The notes under the pieces are model-generated. The model worked only from the letters and a program-made list of their open reading frames with translations, made no database searches and was not told the DNA's origin. Below are positions 61,451 through 64,000 of a stretch of 64,000 bases of DNA, one piece after another. The stretch's first letter is position 1. Every line of letters begins with the position of its first letter. The stretch lies in the NCBI RefSeq assembly GCF_963921235.1, contig NC_086118.1, positions 26,662,001 through 26,726,000 on the forward strand. Direction: 5' to 3'. The stretch is from Mobula hypostoma (Eukaryota). Both the position numbers and the translations under genes were made by a program.

Positions 61451-64000
61451 TGTAACTAATATTACAACAAATATTTTTCAATTGTATCTTTTAGTTCCTA
61501 TTTTCAGAAATACATTTATTTAAATGCTGATGAATATCTTAACAAAGAAACTGGATCAGGGAGTGCAAGGAAGCTGAATTAGCATACACAATTTGGATGA
61601 CAAGATCATTCAAGCACCTTAGGGTAATGACTGTATCTGCTGATAATTCAATGTTCTGCTCATTAGCTAATCATGTTCAGGACTTGAGTACTGATGAAAA
61701 GATAAAACTGTGCTATTCAATGTTAAGAAATACTTAGGAAGGCATGAGCATAGAGACATTACAACAGATTATTCGATTTAACTTATGTAGATAATATCAG
61801 AAAAAATGACACTGTTCTGAATTAGAGACACAAAAACACTACTCATTAAAATTGCTTCCGATACTTAGGGATGTACTTGACAGCATACATTACAAATAAG
61901 AATGTAAAACCGAAATAACTTCCCAGAGAATAAAAAGATAATTTCCTGTTAGTGCCTCTTTATATTGAGATCTCACATAATTCAGCAGAAGAGTTGAACT
62001 AATATTTTTGATGTTTTAATTATGATCCTTCAAATTAAGATTAAACATTGTGCAGAAAGATAGAGATACACTTGGAATAACCACATTATCTCTTCTCAAA
62101 GCAGGTATGTGTGTTTGTAACCATGATGCTAGTACATCCTGAATTGCATGTACCTGTATTTTTATAAAAGTGGTAACATTACTTTTTATAGTTTATGTCA
62201 TTTTCTCATTCCTCTCCATTAATACAGGGATCATATGGCTTGGTTTCAGAAGTGAAAGTCATTTTTTGAACTTTTCCACCAAGGACTTAGTATTCATGAG
62301 TGAGCCTTGACAGTAAACATCTGCAGGTCATTGCCAACAGACCTGATCACCTCTTCGCCCAACATCTCAGTGTGTCCACCTCCAACAGAGGTCACTAGAT
62401 AGCTGTCAGTAATGGAAAATAATGAAAAGGAGAAAATGCTGTGAGTATACAAAGTGTCAGTCACAAGCAGACTACACTATGCAATGGCATTTCATTTATA
62501 GAACTTCTATTAGTCTCATATCGGTATGCAAGCCTCACGTGCTATTAGCAGTTGAGTGAAGAACAGTGTTTGGAGAATGCAGACCATCTCCAAAGAAGAT
62601 GATCTATGTAGGAATGATAATGCTATGGTGGGAAGAAGACACCAGCTCCAAGATTCCCATACATTTGATGTTAATGATTCAGCCCAGCTACACGGCTCAC
62701 ACAGCTTACAGCTTTTTCTAGTAATCTGTTCAACTGATGTGAACTTTTGACATTTACCAATTAGTCTCATTGTGAAAAAACCATGAAAACTTAGTGAGTA
62801 TCTTTAACGTGGTAATTACCTCTTACAGAACTACTTGATCATAAGAATATAGTTTTTGATATTTAGATTCTAACTCCTAAGTCCTTTGTAATTGCCAAGA
62901 AATGGATTATGTAGCATCGTGTCTTTGCGAACTATATAACTCAATTTAATTAACAAAAATATTTATTAAAGAAAACTTTGCTGACTGAGGATGCCACCGT
63001 TGCTGTGTTCTCAGTGTGTCTGGCACACAATAATACAGAGGAACCCAGCAGTGACTCCTCAATAGCCTGTAATATGGCTGCTTTGGGGACTGAGGGCCAT
63101 GATCATATGGGCCACAGATTCTTAGGGCTACACACGCAGAAACAATTCTTCACAGTACTTTGGAGGCCTGCCACAATGTTATGTCACTAGTTGTGCTGAT
63201 TCTAGGCCTTGTAACTCAGTATTGTGACTCTGTCCCAGAAAGATCCTCTCAATAGATTGCAATGGCTCTCTCACATACTCCATATCCACTTGTGAGGCCC
63301 ATCTCTCTCTGAAGTTTGCATTTCTCATAAGCACCCCCTTGACCATTAATCCACAACTGTAGTCTCCCCCACCACAAACTATACTGATATATGAACTTCT
63401 CCCTCTCTTGCAGCTCATCCACCCAATCTGCCAATCTACTACACAACTCCACTATAAAACCAGCAGGATATCCTGCCCAAACCCTCAACCTCCCAGTCCA
63501 CTCCTCATCCCAACCCATCAATCAATCAATTGTGCCACTCTGTATGATAAATATTTGAGCAACAATTGCACATCCTTGAAGTACATCGCTTGAATTTTAA
63601 ACTTGCACTCCCCTTGACTTCTTATCAAAGTTGAGAATATGGAAAGCACTGGTTGAGAGGTTTAGTGGTTGCACTGACAGTGAAAAGCAGAATATTAGAT
63701 GCTCTTGGGTCAAGAACAAGATAGTCCCAGAGCAGAGCAACAATCACTGGCCCACAATGGCCTTTTCTATGAAGGACTCTATGAGTGACATTTTATACCG
63801 GAATGCAAGATAAAAACGAGCTGATATAATATTTTTACAGCCAATATATGGAGGAAATTTGAATTGCAATGATTAGGACAGAATTTGAAGCCAACAACTC
63901 AGAGTTTAAAAATAAACATAGTTACTATGTACACAGTCACACTTCAGGCATAATTTCTTAGTTAAGATATGTATGCTAATCACAATGCGTTTTGTATTTT

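Noticed and set aside
62500..63820. Several 60-90 aa ORFs
   Set aside because: No domains; 63250-63560 looks like a decayed LINE fragment.

Overview
Vertebrate genomic DNA. The repeat landscape (CR1, Penelope, Rex1/Babar, V-SINE-like) suggests a cartilaginous fish, probably a ray; this is an inference. The only host gene I can support is the first coding exon of a USP43-type deubiquitinase (minus strand, 10569-11198) in a CpG island. Bases 1-10568 would be its intron 1, and everything above ~11.6 kb is upstream sequence filled with mostly dead, often nested transposons. The most striking structure is at 23897-27709: a HERO-type RT + restriction-like-endonuclease non-LTR retrotransposon with no poly(A) tail. 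It has ~214-bp direct terminal repeats and a ~35-bp target-site duplication. Each repeat carries the three strands of a hammerhead ribozyme in a scrambled (non-circularly permuted) order. This geometry fits reverse transcription around a ribozyme-generated circular RNA (~1.06 turns of a 3532-nt unit). Also notable: a Sleeping Beauty-like Tc1 end, minimal hammerheads in the Penelope copies, a 5'-inverted L1 inside a five-layer nest, and a uORF just before the USP43 start. Boundaries of old, degenerate repeats are approximate, and family names come from motif recognition, not database searches.
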